A stretch of 64,000 bases of DNA from an uncultured delta proteobacterium (GTDB lineage Bacteria; Desulfobacterota; Desulfomonilia; Desulfomonilales; Desulfomonilaceae), in assembly GCA_963789265.1 (NCBI GenBank), contig CAWBKB010000003.1, positions 160,001 to 224,000 of the forward strand, in the 5' to 3' direction. Shown in pieces: positions 1 through 9,703 of the stretch (position 1 is the first letter of the stretch; every line of letters begins with the position of its first letter). The notes below the pieces were generated by a model, which saw only the letters and a program-made list of their open reading frames with translations, was not told the DNA's origin and did no database searches. The position numbers and the translations under genes were made by a program.

Positions 1-1
1 G

Positions 2-253
2 TCTAATAACCCGGAAAAGACCCGCCCATGCCCCAAGAGTCCCCTGGAAGCGAGCAAACTGGCAGCCGAGGACGTTGCAAAGTTCAAGAAGATGTATTAC
101 TCGGGCACATGGACCGGCTTCATGTACCAATTCAGCTTGAAGTATCCCGACTGTCCTCCTTACATCAAGCGTGTTTATCTCGATACGGCCAGACCTCTGA
201 TGAACGCGGGCCCGCCTCAAGTCGGGTCTTTTCAGAACCTATTGAGAAAATGA
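2..253 (+). CDS. hypothetical protein, 3' end only (runs off window start)
   Basis: Open frame SNNPEKTRPCPKSPLEASKLAAEDVAKFKKMYYSGTWTGFMYQF...NLLRK* ending TGA 251-253, followed by a hairpin. Confidence 0.55.
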   Translation, partial: SNNPEKTRPCPKSPLEASKLAAEDVAKFKKMYYSGTWTGFMYQFSLKYPDCPPYIKRVYLDTARPLMNAGPPQVGSFQNLLRK

Positions 254-257
254 TAAA

Positions 258-279
258 GGGCCGCTCTGTCGTGCGGCCC
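258..279. terminator. hairpin between convergent genes
   Basis: GGGCCGC-N8-GCGGCCC; T-rich tail on the minus strand. Confidence 0.5.
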
Positions 280-377
280 AAAGCGGACATGTCCCATCAC
301 CAGGAGACCTCCCGGCCCCGAGATCTCGTTCTCGCAACCGGTTATCCACTGCGAGAATGAGATTTGCGTGAGCATGG

Positions 378-884
378 TCATTGGACCTTTCGGGTTCGGA
401 AGCCTGGAGCACCAGCGGTAACGGCTGAAGGTGCCGGACTCACGGCCGCCGGTTTTGCTGCCGCGAACAGCGGGCTGGGTAGCCGCAACAGGCTTGTGCG
501 TAGCCGCAGCGCTCTTCTTAGCCGTTTCGTTCGCTATTTGTTGCTTTACCGTAACTAGTTCGTCTTGTACTTCTTCACCTGCCGCTGGCAAGTAGACATT
601 GCATTCTGCTTGAGGTCCTGGATCTGGGACTCCATTTGCTGAATTTGAGCCCCGAGCTGCACGCGCTGCTTGAGCAGACTTTCGACTGAATCCGAAAGGG
701 GTTTCAGTTGATGGTTTAGCTTTGCACCGCACTGATGCTGGGCTTGATCGATCTGATTTTGGAGCTGCCCAGCCTTCTGTTTCAAGGCCGAAATCTGCGC
801 CGAGCTATCGTTAGCATAGGCGCTGAGGCCCAGCCCGAGCATAGCAAGAGAAAGAATCGTCAGCAGCACTAGGCTTTTCTTCAT
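378..884 (-). CDS. secreted Gln-rich coiled-coil protein with Ala/Pro tail (apparent frameshifts ~567 and ~465)
   Basis: Signal peptide MKKSLVLLTILSLAMLGLGLSAYA, heptad Q/L-rich body; continues in another frame as QDELVTVKQQIANETAKK and then AAAKPAAVSPAPS. Confidence 0.65.
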
Positions 885-1434
885 GTGTGGACTCCTGTTT
901 CTTTGATTTGAGACGCGCAGGTCTAGCCTGCAAGAGCTATTTATATCATATATTTCAGAGAATTCAAGACAAACTTATTCAATTATCTCAATCTGTTTTA
1001 TTATTAATATAATGTAACACATTATATAATGGTTATTGGACGATGAGAGGCCGACTCGTACAAAATGACCTCATCGGTCCACCTTATTCAGCTTCCGGCA
1101 CTCAGGGTTCGTAACGTAATCGATGAATTTTTTTCGCCAAGCCGCAATCCACCTCGCACGCACTTTCTTGAGGTCGGCCACCTACTTTCCGATCCAATAC
1201 GGTGAGAGAGGATTCTAGATGGACACACTGGAGAGACGAGCGTCTAAAAAGGTCTGTGTGGTCTTCTCTGTGGGAGTGGAAGGAAAAGGATCGCGACGCC
1301 TTGGGCGTAACCGTTCTTTTCGCGCATGCAATGCGCTTATTATCGGCAGCCAAGGAATGCATGCCGACGACGTTTGAATCCGACAAGTCAGGACGCGCCG
1401 GGTGAATTCTTGATCGGTGACTTGTATTTGACGA

Positions 1435-1755
1435 TCAAGCTCGTCGATCTTTGGAGGCCACTTCTTCCATGATGGCAGAGATCTTTTCTGACAGCACGTA
1501 GCTAATTCCGCCCCGTTCAAAGGAATCTCTGACTAGTTTTACGAATTCGTCGAAAGCGCGCCCGTCTTCCAGAATAGTTGCGGCATTGCGAGATTCCTCT
1601 TCGGTATATTCTCCGTCATTATTGCTGGCGACCTCTTGAAACGTTTCCCGAAATTCCCGTTTTCCGCCCCAGAAAACGATGACGTTGTCCATATAGTCAT
1701 TCATTTCCTTTATGTGTTGAATCAACTCTTCCCGACTCATGCCATCGAAATCCAT
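1435..1755 (-). CDS. hypothetical acidic helical protein (106 aa)
   Basis: ATG with upstream AAGGGG; protein-like composition MDFDGMSREELIQHIKEM. Confidence 0.7.
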   Translation of the reverse strand: MDFDGMSREELIQHIKEMNDYMDNVIVFWGGKREFRETFQEVASNNDGEYTEEESRNAATILEDGRAFDEFVKLVRDSFERGGISYVLSEKISAIMEEVASKDRRA

Positions 1756-1934
1756 TGCGCGTCCCCTTGTCCCCGCATCTGTATTTCAATTGCTCCGAAT
1801 CACACCTCGGCGCAACGCGTCCAAGTCGCTATCCCCATTGCATCTTCGCGACTTGCATGCATTGCCCGTCTGCCGGGAATCCAGTTGTGCGATCACGCAG
1901 TCAAGGGGTTTTACGGAGCGACCACTAGCGGGCC

Positions 1935-2240
1935 TTAAAAGCCTAGAGGCAGTTTCTTTATTTCCCGTAAATCCTCTTCTCTCAGAGAGCGGCGCATGGT
2001 CTCTTCCCAGTGGAAAAACTTTTTGGAAAGGTGCTCGACTCGGGAGAGAATTTCCCCGATTTCCAATGCCAATTCCTTGTTTCTTTCCTGGCGAGCCTTC
2101 TTCAGCTCGCGCTCCAGATGGCGAATCAACTTTCGAGCCTGCTCCGGGGTTTCGAGAAAAAGCACGGGGTCGTAGAGGCTTCCGCGCCTCTCTTTCGGAT
2201 TCCAACGGGTCATAATGTCGTTGATATGTTCACGCAACAT
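1935..2240 (-). CDS. hypothetical coiled-coil protein (101 aa)
   Basis: AGGA upstream of ATG; charged helical sequence ARKLIRHLERELKKARQE. Confidence 0.65.
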   Translation of the reverse strand: MLREHINDIMTRWNPKERRGSLYDPVLFLETPEQARKLIRHLERELKKARQERNKELALEIGEILSRVEHLSKKFFHWEETMRRSLREEDLREIKKLPLGF

Positions 2241-2602
2241 GGCGAAATAAGTCCTGTGTCACAAAGTATCATGGTCGTCATAAATGAATGTCCGAACTTT
2301 AATAAAAAAGTTCCTCAGCAGCGCCGGCGCATTAACGGAGTCATTTGTGTATTGGACTGCAGGTGCGCCGGACAGCCGTTGCATATTACACCACACACGG
2401 ACAAATTTCAATCCCGGCAAGGGCGTGGCGGAGCCTGCCGAGCCTGCAAGAAATCCTTTCCCGAAAAAGACGCAAAAGATTACAGAGAATCGGGACAGGG
2501 GCTTTTCGTCGAGCGGCCCAGTTGGTATACTGTGTGAACCGGCTGGACCCTTCTCGGCATTTGAGACGCGGGCAGAAAACCGGCCCTCACGAAGAAACTA
2601 CC

Positions 2603-3145
2603 ATGAATACACCAGGTGAGCAGGAGTGTCTGGCGCTCCTCAAAAAATACTGCACTCCGCACCACATCATACTTCATTCCCGAAAAGTCTGGGAAGTCGG
2701 CAAGTTGTTAGGCGAAGGTCTCTTGCACCGGAATCATCCGGTGGATTTACCGCTGATCAGAGCCTCCTGTCTCCTCCACGATATAGGCAAATATCCCTGT
2801 ATCCTAGACGGCACAAGATATCACGACATCAGGGGGAAACAGATACTGGAGGCTGAAGGTCTGTCTTCGATCGCGGATATCGTTGTCCAGCATGTGATTC
2901 TGAGAAGTGAGATTGATGGGCCTGTCAAAGAAGAACACGTCGTACATTACGCTGACAAGCGAGTTGTTCATGATGAGGTGGTAAGCCTGGAGGAGAGGTT
3001 CCTATACCTCAATGAAACGTACGGAAAAAGCCCGAAGGCTCTTGAAAGACTCGTGATGATGAAGCAGGACACTCATCGATTGGAAGAAGCCATCTTCATT
3101 CTGCTGGATTTTGGTCCTGAGGACGTTGTAACGCTTCTCCGCTAA
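2603..3145 (+). CDS. HD-domain metal-dependent phosphohydrolase
   Basis: HS...LLHDIGK...H...H...YADKRV motifs; start MNTPGEQECLALL. Confidence 0.9.
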   Translation: MNTPGEQECLALLKKYCTPHHIILHSRKVWEVGKLLGEGLLHRNHPVDLPLIRASCLLHDIGKYPCILDGTRYHDIRGKQILEAEGLSSIADIVVQHVILRSEIDGPVKEEHVVHYADKRVVHDEVVSLEERFLYLNETYGKSPKALERLVMMKQDTHRLEEAIFILLDFGPEDVVTLLR

Positions 3146-3174
3146 GAAACACCGACGAGTTCTGCTGAAATCAG

Positions 3175-3198
3175 GCGCCCTCGTGGCGAGGGCGTTTC
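3175..3198 (+). terminator. intrinsic terminator
   Basis: GCGCCCTCG-TGG-CGAGGGCGT followed by TTC, after the HD gene. Confidence 0.55.
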
Positions 3199-3263
3199 AA
3201 AGGATGTAAAAGGACCGTGAATTCAGAGAGTTTTAACTTTTTCATGAATGTCCCACAAAAATC

Positions 3264-3294
3264 TTGACCTATCCTTAAGAATAGGTTTTAGATT
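3264..3294 (+). promoter_or_regulatory. sigma70-type promoter with 19-bp spacer and dyad (MerR-like architecture)
   Basis: TTGACC-N19-TAGATT containing ACCTAT-N8-ATAGGT. Confidence 0.4.
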
Positions 3295-3640
3295 CTGTGA
3301 AGAAAGAGTGACCGCTGCCAGCCCAGGCAGGAGGTTGTATTTCGTGACATGATCTGATATACTTTGATCGTTTATTTATATTAGGTGCTGGTTAACTCTT
3401 TTAAACAGCGTTTCCGAGTGGAGGTTGTGGAGCGATTGTCCGTCTATTCTTGCCCGATGGGCAGCCCAACTACCGGAAGGACAGAACATCTCCGGTTCAG
3501 TATTTTTAGACAATCCACTCCTATATTGACATGTTGGGATAGAGAAATCTTCCCAGAATACTCCGGGTTCGGAACGAGAAGGCTGTGAGCTGGGCTCACT
3601 TGAGGTCTCGCAGCAAAGAACGCGTTCTTCTGGGTGGGAC

Positions 3641-4876
3641 ATGGTGGATATCATTTTCAAGACACTGATTATTCCGGCAATCATCATCGCGGTCTTTTCA
3701 GCACAGTCTATGGGGCAAGAACCGAAATCCTCATGGGAAAGACATGCAAGACTGAACACACAGACGGATTATGATGCAAACGGCTCCACCTCAGAATCTT
3801 CGCCGCCCGCTTGGCTCGAAGATCTCCTGACCCGTGCTCCGACAGAAGTGACGGAAGACGCGCACGCTGAAGGCTCTCGAACCGACATCGACCCAAAGGG
3901 GGCCGAATCGACTGTTTCAGCGAGGCAAGCTCCAGTGCCCGAGGCTCCCCCGACTCAAGCTGCCGTGCCCCGGGAGACAAATCCCCTCTTTCACCAGCCG
4001 CCCGACATTCCGCCGCTTTACACATCCCCGAAGCTGGAAGGAGAAGGGGTTTGGACCGGAGAAGATATGCCCAGATCTGCCGATGGTCTACCTCTTGCCT
4101 ACAAAACCGTGTACCGTCCCAGTGTGGAATTCCCGAATTCGACTGTGTACATGGCTCTATTTGATATGAAGCGGCTCAAGATCCGCCTTTTCATTGGACA
4201 GACGGAACCCGGCATATATCAGATTGCCAATCGGCCGGAAGAAGAAGAGCTGTCAAAAATCGTTGCGATTACCAACGCTATGTGGATGCAGCAGCACGCG
4301 AGGGGGGCCGGTGCAATATTCAGGGGACAGGTGATATACCCCATGGTCCCGGGGATGGCGACATTGGTTACCTACCTCGACGATTCAGTCGATGTCATCG
4401 AGTGGACGGATGAGATACCTGTTTCTCTGGTAAGGGACGCCCGGCAGTTACGGCATCTCATCGTGAAAGACGGAAAGCCGGTTGAAAAGATCGTCAAGAA
4501 CGGCAAGATTACGGATGGAGAAATCGGTCTGGGCGGCTTTTTGATTGACGAGCAGGGTCGCAGCACGATGAGCAACAAGTATTGGTTTCTGGCCACCCGG
4601 ACGGCTTTTGGAATACGGGACGACGGCAACATGGTTTTCGCGATGGGACACCATATCAGCACGAAAGATCTTGCCAAGGCCCTCGTGCTTGCAGGGTGTC
4701 AGAGGGCCGTTCACGGCGACGCCAACATTCATAATGCTGTCTGTAACTTCTATTTCAGGGACGACAAGGATAAGATCGTAAGAAGGGACAAACTTTCCCC
4801 TGGCCAATTAAACTACACCCTGAAACGATACGATCAGGGTTATGCCAAGGATTTCTTCGCCTTTTACGAAAAGTGA
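3641..4876 (+). CDS. exported phosphodiester glycosidase (NAGPA)-like protein
   Basis: N-terminal signal/TM, Pro/Ala linker, ATRTAFGIRDDG and LAKALVLAGCQRAVHGD motifs. Confidence 0.7.
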   Translation: MVDIIFKTLIIPAIIIAVFSAQSMGQEPKSSWERHARLNTQTDYDANGSTSESSPPAWLEDLLTRAPTEVTEDAHAEGSRTDIDPKGAESTVSARQAPVPEAPPTQAAVPRETNPLFHQPPDIPPLYTSPKLEGEGVWTGEDMPRSADGLPLAYKTVYRPSVEFPNSTVYMALFDMKRLKIRLFIGQTEPGIYQIANRPEEEELSKIVAITNAMWMQQHARGAGAIFRGQVIYPMVPGMATLVTYLDDSVDVIEWTDEIPVSLVRDARQLRHLIVKDGKPVEKIVKNGKITDGEIGLGGFLIDEQGRSTMSNKYWFLATRTAFGIRDDGNMVFAMGHHISTKDLAKALVLAGCQRAVHGDANIHNAVCNFYFRDDKDKIVRRDKLSPGQLNYTLKRYDQGYAKDFFAFYEK

Positions 4877-5028
4877 CCAAAATAAGTAGATTGGTGGGGT
4901 ACTGAATGTTCGAGACGATCAGAGGGACACTAGGCGCTTTCATCTAAGTCTGTCGCACCTGTTCGAGCAATTGCCTGAAATTTGAGGGGCCTGCGTGCAA
5001 AGCCCTTCGTGCATTCGCATCAAAGCCT

Positions 5029-5220
5029 TAATGCCGGTGCGCGATCAAACGGTGAACAATCAAGGAAATACAGCACGGATCTGACAAAGCCCAGATCCGT
5101 GGCACCTAAGACTCGTCTTGACTGGATGTTGGGTGCCACTGACCTGAGCACCATCATGGCGCCAGGTCGGTGCCATTTGCCATCGGCCCATTCTTACTTG
5201 CTTGAAAGCGAATCAGTATA
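5029..5220. repeat. modular palindromic repeat (inverted copy at 26065-26248)
   Basis: CACGGATCTGACAAAGCCCAGATCCGTGGCACC...GGTGCCACTGACCTGAGCACC...CAGGTCGGTGCC; ends TTGAAAGCGAATCAGTATA. Confidence 0.85.
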
Positions 5221-5320
5221 AGGTCTTTGTCCCCTGATCTGAGCCCAGGGCACTGCTGCTCTCCCCCCTTTATTTCCACGGCGTTCCTACCTATACTATA
5301 ACAAGCAAATAGGCGAGGCA

Positions 5321-6553
5321 TTGGAGGAAGAATTGAAAGACGGCAGGCCGCGCATAATCATATTCTCAGGCAAAGGCGGAGTCGGGAAGACAACGGTGGC
5401 AGCGGCCACCGGGTTACGGTGTGCCGAGCGGGGTCTCAGGACAATAGTCATTTCCATAGACATCGCTCACAGTCTTTCCGACGCTTTTCAACTGGACACC
5501 GACCTCCATGACCACAACCGCGGGAAGCCGCGCAGCATTCGGGAAAATCTCTGGATTCAAGAAGTGGATATTCAAGAAGAGATCGACCACCACTGGGGAG
5601 AAGTATCAAAATATTTGGCCGCGCTTCTTGGATCGAGCGGTGTGACCGAGGTCCTGGCGGCGGAACTTGCCATAATACCCGGAATGGAAGATGTTGTGAG
5701 TCTGCTTTATATCAACCAATACTACCGGGAAAGCACTTACGACGTTATCGTGATAGACTGCGCACCTACAGGAGAATCTCTGAGATTTGTAGGTATGCCC
5801 ACCACTTTGGAATGGTACATCAGGAAGGTCTTCAAGCTGGAACGCAGTTTAATGAAGGTGGCACGGCCGATAGCTAAACGGCTAACTGACATTCCTCTTC
5901 CGGAGGATACTTATTTTGCAGGCTTACAAGAACTCTTTCTGAGACTGGACGGCGTTGACAATGTGCTTCTGGACCGCGAAATAACTTCCATACGACTGGT
6001 GACCAATGCTGAAAGAATGGTCGTCAGGGAGACCCAGCGAGCATTCATGTACTTCTGTCTTTACGGCCTGGTAGTCGACGCGGTAATCGTCAACAAGCTC
6101 TTCCCGGAAACTTTGCAGGACGAATACTTCAAGGACTGGCTCGTAACCCAACAGAAGAGCCTCCAGCAGATAGACTCTACGTTCCATCCGGTTCCCACCT
6201 ACAAAGTCAACATACATAGCGATGAAGTAGTGGGGTTGGAGAGGTTGTCCATGATGGGAAAAGCGATTTACGGCGAGACCGATCCCTCGGCGGTGCTTCA
6301 CCGGGATAAGGTCTACGAAATCGAGAATTACAATGGAGACCTCGTTCTCAAGATCAAACTACCCCTTGTGAGAAAGGATTACGTGGACCTATTCAAAGAA
6401 GAGGGGGACCTGGTCGTCCGTATAGGCTCTTTCAAGCGACACGTATTCTTGCCCAGAATGCTCGCCCACAGACAGCCGGGAAGGGCATCCTTGGACAATA
6501 ATGTGCTGGCAATCCACTTTCCGAAACCGATTGAAACGGGAGAACAACGATGA
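5321..6553 (+). CDS. ArsA/GET3 (TRC40) family ATPase with C-terminal HSP20-like domain
   Basis: GKGGVGKTT, DIAHSLSD, DCAPTG; C-terminal beta domain GDLVVRIGSFKRHVFLP...ASLDNNVLAIHF. Confidence 0.92.
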   Translation: MEEELKDGRPRIIIFSGKGGVGKTTVAAATGLRCAERGLRTIVISIDIAHSLSDAFQLDTDLHDHNRGKPRSIRENLWIQEVDIQEEIDHHWGEVSKYLAALLGSSGVTEVLAAELAIIPGMEDVVSLLYINQYYRESTYDVIVIDCAPTGESLRFVGMPTTLEWYIRKVFKLERSLMKVARPIAKRLTDIPLPEDTYFAGLQELFLRLDGVDNVLLDREITSIRLVTNAERMVVRETQRAFMYFCLYGLVVDAVIVNKLFPETLQDEYFKDWLVTQQKSLQQIDSTFHPVPTYKVNIHSDEVVGLERLSMMGKAIYGETDPSAVLHRDKVYEIENYNGDLVLKIKLPLVRKDYVDLFKEEGDLVVRIGSFKRHVFLPRMLAHRQPGRASLDNNVLAIHFPKPIETGEQR

Positions 6554-6792
6554 GTCCACTTTGGTTCTTCACCAGAGCAGCGGGGATGGCTTTACTTACA
6601 GTTGCAGGAATAACGCTGGTACTGGAGAAATTGACCCCCCGGCCTTCGGACCTGATAGCCGGGGCGATTCATTTTCGGAAGGGGATGAATGAATTTCAAA
6701 AGGGAGTTGCGACCATTTTTCTTGGTTCCCCGGCGCCTTCGGCCGAAGAGGCGGCTAAGGCACGAGAGGCCTCCCGAATTCCGATCGACTGA
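6550..6792 (+). CDS. small membrane protein coupled to the ArsA/GET3 gene
   Basis: ATGA overlap; one TM segment, an amphipathic helix, ends SRIPID. Confidence 0.8.
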   Translation: MSPLWFFTRAAGMALLTVAGITLVLEKLTPRPSDLIAGAIHFRKGMNEFQKGVATIFLGSPAPSAEEAAKAREASRIPID

Positions 6793-6981
6793 GTGCCGCT
6801 GACGGTGGACTTGAACGCAATAGTGTGCATTTCTTACGATTCTGCACTCTTCTTTTACATGTTCCGGCGTCGAAGTGGCATTAATGGTAAATCCATGCGC
6901 GAGGGGTGGTTTCTCCGCAGGACGGGTCTCGGTACTAATGACCGGGAAAGCGCTTAACGTTGTTCTGTAATTGGAAACTGC

Positions 6982-7608
6982 ATGCTGTTCAGTTATCTTG
7001 TGAAAGGCTTTGTCATTGGGCTGTCGCTTGCTGTGCCGGTGGGGCCGATTGCTTTGTTGTGCATACGGCGAACATTGACCCGCGGGGCTGCGTCCGGAAT
7101 ATCCTCCGGGCTCGGCGCAGCAACGGCGGATGGAATCTATAGTTTAATAGCAGCTTTCGGAATCACCTTCATTGCCAACTTCCTTTTCAGCCACAACATT
7201 ATTCTACGCGTCGTAGGGGGCGGGGTTTTGTGCTATATTGGCGTCAAGATATTCCTCTCTATCCCCGGGGAAAATTCCTCCTCGACCCAGGAGGATGGAC
7301 TCGTTCACGATTACGTTTCCGCGCTGCTCCTCACCCTCACAAACCCTATGTTGGTTGTTGCGTTTGCAGCAGTATTTGCCGCGGCAGGTGTCGGATATCC
7401 CAAAGGGAATTATCTGGACACCGTGGTGCTCGTCGTGGGGGTGGTGCTGGGCTCGACGCTCTGGTGGCTGATCTTAAGCGGAGCCGCGGGTTACCTTCAC
7501 GGTAAGATCGACAACAGGATGTTAAGACTTGCGAACCAAGTTTCCGGCACTATTCTTGCCGGCTTCGGCCTGATTGTGCTCCTGAGCCTTGCCTTCTGGT
7601 GTAACTAA
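6982..7608 (+). CDS. LysE family translocator
   Basis: AVPVGP, GLGAATADG, LTLTNP, GSTLWW motifs. Confidence 0.92.
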   Translation: MLFSYLVKGFVIGLSLAVPVGPIALLCIRRTLTRGAASGISSGLGAATADGIYSLIAAFGITFIANFLFSHNIILRVVGGGVLCYIGVKIFLSIPGENSSSTQEDGLVHDYVSALLLTLTNPMLVVAFAAVFAAAGVGYPKGNYLDTVVLVVGVVLGSTLWWLILSGAAGYLHGKIDNRMLRLANQVSGTILAGFGLIVLLSLAFWCN

Positions 7609-7681
7609 CTTGAACCGGGACCGATTTACCGGGCATTGCAACAGCGCGCTGCAAAAGGTCCGCAGCGACAAGTGGAGTTCA

Positions 7682-8650
7682 ATGACGAATATGTACGAAC
7701 AGGTCTACAAGGATATTTTGGATAATCTGTATGAGGGTGTTTATCTGGTGGACCGCGATCTAAGAATCACATTCTGGAACAGGGGTGCACAAAGAATCAC
7801 TGGATTCTCGAGGGATGAGGTTATCGGAACCTCTTGCCGAGACAACCTCCTCAGTCATGTTGACGAGCTTGGTACGCCGCTTTGCGATAGCCCTCTGTGT
7901 CCAACCGAACGGGGCATGGCCATCGGGCCCCCGATTGAACAGATCTTATATCTTCGTCACAAAGAGGGCCATAGGGTTGCCGTATCCACAAGGGTTGCTC
8001 CCCTGAAAAATGCCGATGGCAAAATCGTGGGAGCCACACATTCTTTTACTGACAACCACGCGGCAGTTGAAGCACGGCGCCGAATTGAAGACCTGGAGAA
8101 GCTCGCTCTGCTTGATCCACTGACGCAACTTGGAAACAGGCGTCACCTCGAAATGCACTTAGAGAGCAGCCTTTCGGAGATGCACCGATATAGCCGGCGG
8201 TTCGGAACACTATTCATCGACGTAGACCGCCTCAAACAAATAAACGATCTCTACGGACACGATGTTGGAGACCGGACGCTCAGGATGGTAGCCACAACCA
8301 TGTCCAACAGCCTGAGGTCTTCCGATTTCCTGGGACGATGGGCTGGGGACGAATTCCTGGCCATAACGATGAATATCCGCGCAGATCAATTACTTGCCAT
8401 CGGAAACAAACTGCGTGCGCTTGTGGAACACTCCGCGATAAATCTCGGCCATGCCTTCGGTCGCGTGACGGTTTCGGTGGGAGCGACTCTTGCCGATACG
8501 GCAGACACCGTGGGTACCCTGTTAAAACGGGCGGACATACTCATGTACCGAAGCAAGGCTCGCGGAGGAAATTTTGTGACAACGGACTCTGCTTCCCAAA
8601 TTGAAAATTATGAGGAACTTCCTCAAGAACCCGCAAGGTTCTTCCGGTAA
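7682..8650 (+). CDS. PAS-GGDEF diguanylate cyclase (AGDEF variant)
   Basis: PAS ITFWNRGAQRITGF; DPLTQLGNRR, INDLYGHDVGD, RWAGDEF. Confidence 0.92.
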   Translation: MTNMYEQVYKDILDNLYEGVYLVDRDLRITFWNRGAQRITGFSRDEVIGTSCRDNLLSHVDELGTPLCDSPLCPTERGMAIGPPIEQILYLRHKEGHRVAVSTRVAPLKNADGKIVGATHSFTDNHAAVEARRRIEDLEKLALLDPLTQLGNRRHLEMHLESSLSEMHRYSRRFGTLFIDVDRLKQINDLYGHDVGDRTLRMVATTMSNSLRSSDFLGRWAGDEFLAITMNIRADQLLAIGNKLRALVEHSAINLGHAFGRVTVSVGATLADTADTVGTLLKRADILMYRSKARGGNFVTTDSASQIENYEELPQEPARFFR

Positions 8651-9135
8651 ACTTCCAGGTCCGAATCGGAAAACAGGACGAAAATAACTCGCTCCATCTC
8701 CGGAAATAGTTTGAGCTGAGCCAACGAGGTTTTCAGTGCTATTTTGGAAGCCTCCGTTATAGGGTATCCATAGGCCCCAGTGCTTATCGAGGGAAAAGCT
8801 AAAGAGTTGAGCCCGTTTTCGTGCGCCACCTCAAAGCACCTCCTGTAACAGCTTTCCAGTAACCTAGGCTCACCCGAGTTGCCACCTCTGTAGATAGGTC
8901 CGACGGTATGTATGACATGACGCGCCTTGAGACGGTAACCTCGGGTAATCTTCGCGTCGCCGGTTTCGCAGCCTCCCAGAGTGCGGCATTCGGCCAGCAA
9001 TTCCGGCCCCGCCGCCCGATGGATGGCGCCGTCCACCCCTCCCCCTCCCAGCAGACTTTTATTGGCCGCGTTGACGATGGCGTCCACGTCCATTGTCGTA
9101 ATGTCGTCCCGAACTAACTCGATCTTGTCTTTCAT
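8623..9135 (-). CDS. ymdB: macro-domain O-acetyl-ADP-ribose deacetylase (YmdB-like)
   Basis: DAIVNAAN-SLLGGGGVDGAIH, AFPSISTGAYGYP. Confidence 0.93.
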   Translation of the reverse strand: MKDKIELVRDDITTMDVDAIVNAANKSLLGGGGVDGAIHRAAGPELLAECRTLGGCETGDAKITRGYRLKARHVIHTVGPIYRGGNSGEPRLLESCYRRCFEVAHENGLNSLAFPSISTGAYGYPITEASKIALKTSLAQLKLFPEMERVIFVLFSDSDLEVYRKNLAGS

Positions 9136-9222
9136 GGCTATTCCCTCACCTCACACAAGTACAGAGACATTGTTCCTTCAGTAAACCGGGCCCGTAGCCA
9201 AGCCTAAGGTTTCTTTTCAAAA

Positions 9223-9317
9223 TTATACCAATTCGCGTTCAAAGTTAGAATGAAATCCCCTCTAACCTCCCTTTAATAAAGAGGGGAACAGGGGATTTTG
9301 AATGCGAATTGGTATAA
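9223..9317. repeat. MITE-like element: 21-bp terminal IR around a CCCCTCTAACCTCCCTTT-type palindrome
   Basis: TTATACCAATTCGCGTTCAAA ... TTTGAATGCGAATTGGTATAA (1 mismatch). Confidence 0.85.
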
Positions 9318-9318
9318 A

Positions 9319-9598
9319 TAATAGCGGTGCGCCATCAAACAAATGACAATCCCCGCGAGGATATGGTGGAACATCCCGCGCAGAGGGCCGGACTGCCTGT
9401 CCCGCGTTCCGCGGGATCGCCCCGGACTTCCATCCAGGCTATGTAGGGGCGGACCCGCGTGTCCGCCCAGGGCAGACACATAGGTCTGCCCCTACAATTG
9501 ATGCCCGTGTACGCGGGCATGACGACAGGCAATCCCGAGCGGGCGGGACTGTCTCACTAAAAACACGATGTCACCTGTTTGAAAGCGAATTGATATAA
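9319..9598. repeat. composite REP (GTAG-type) element; near-complete inverted copy at 35325-35604
   Basis: GTAGGGGCGGACCCGCGTGTCCGCCC-AGGGCAGACACATAGGTCTGCCCCTAC doublet, ATGCCCGYGTACGCGGGCAT, end TTTGAAAGCGAATTGATAT. Confidence 0.9.
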
Positions 9599-9703
9599 GT
9601 AAGTGATTACGGCTTGATAAACATTGCAATTGACAGTTCGCCAAGACTAAGCAATGCTTCTGGTCTTAAGAAATACTTAATTCTCCACCTCAAGCAAGAT
9701 TCC

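Noticed and set aside
1040..1405. Possible ncRNA or small frameshifted ORF (1123-1405 +)
   Set aside because: Only a weak hairpin and no recognisable motif; cannot be supported
2241..2384. In-frame TGA (2259-2261) upstream of the 1935-2240 gene, preceded by a 41-codon open frame: possible selenocysteine
   Set aside because: No convincing SECIS hairpin or redox motif; the downstream ATG has its own AGGA; a 41-codon open run is unremarkable
5321..6553. Arsenic resistance operon
   Set aside because: No arsR/B/C/D/acr3 nearby; single ATPase domain with an HSP20 tail
9273..9532. Short ORFs recurring at 9273-9532, 25112-25535, 35391-35609, 4982-5221 and 25834-26154
   Set aside because: They are translations of the repeat elements and are open on both strands because of palindromy
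9223..9598. Repeats as a CRISPR array
   Set aside because: No regularly spaced direct repeats with unique spacers and no cas genes; the units are dispersed palindromes
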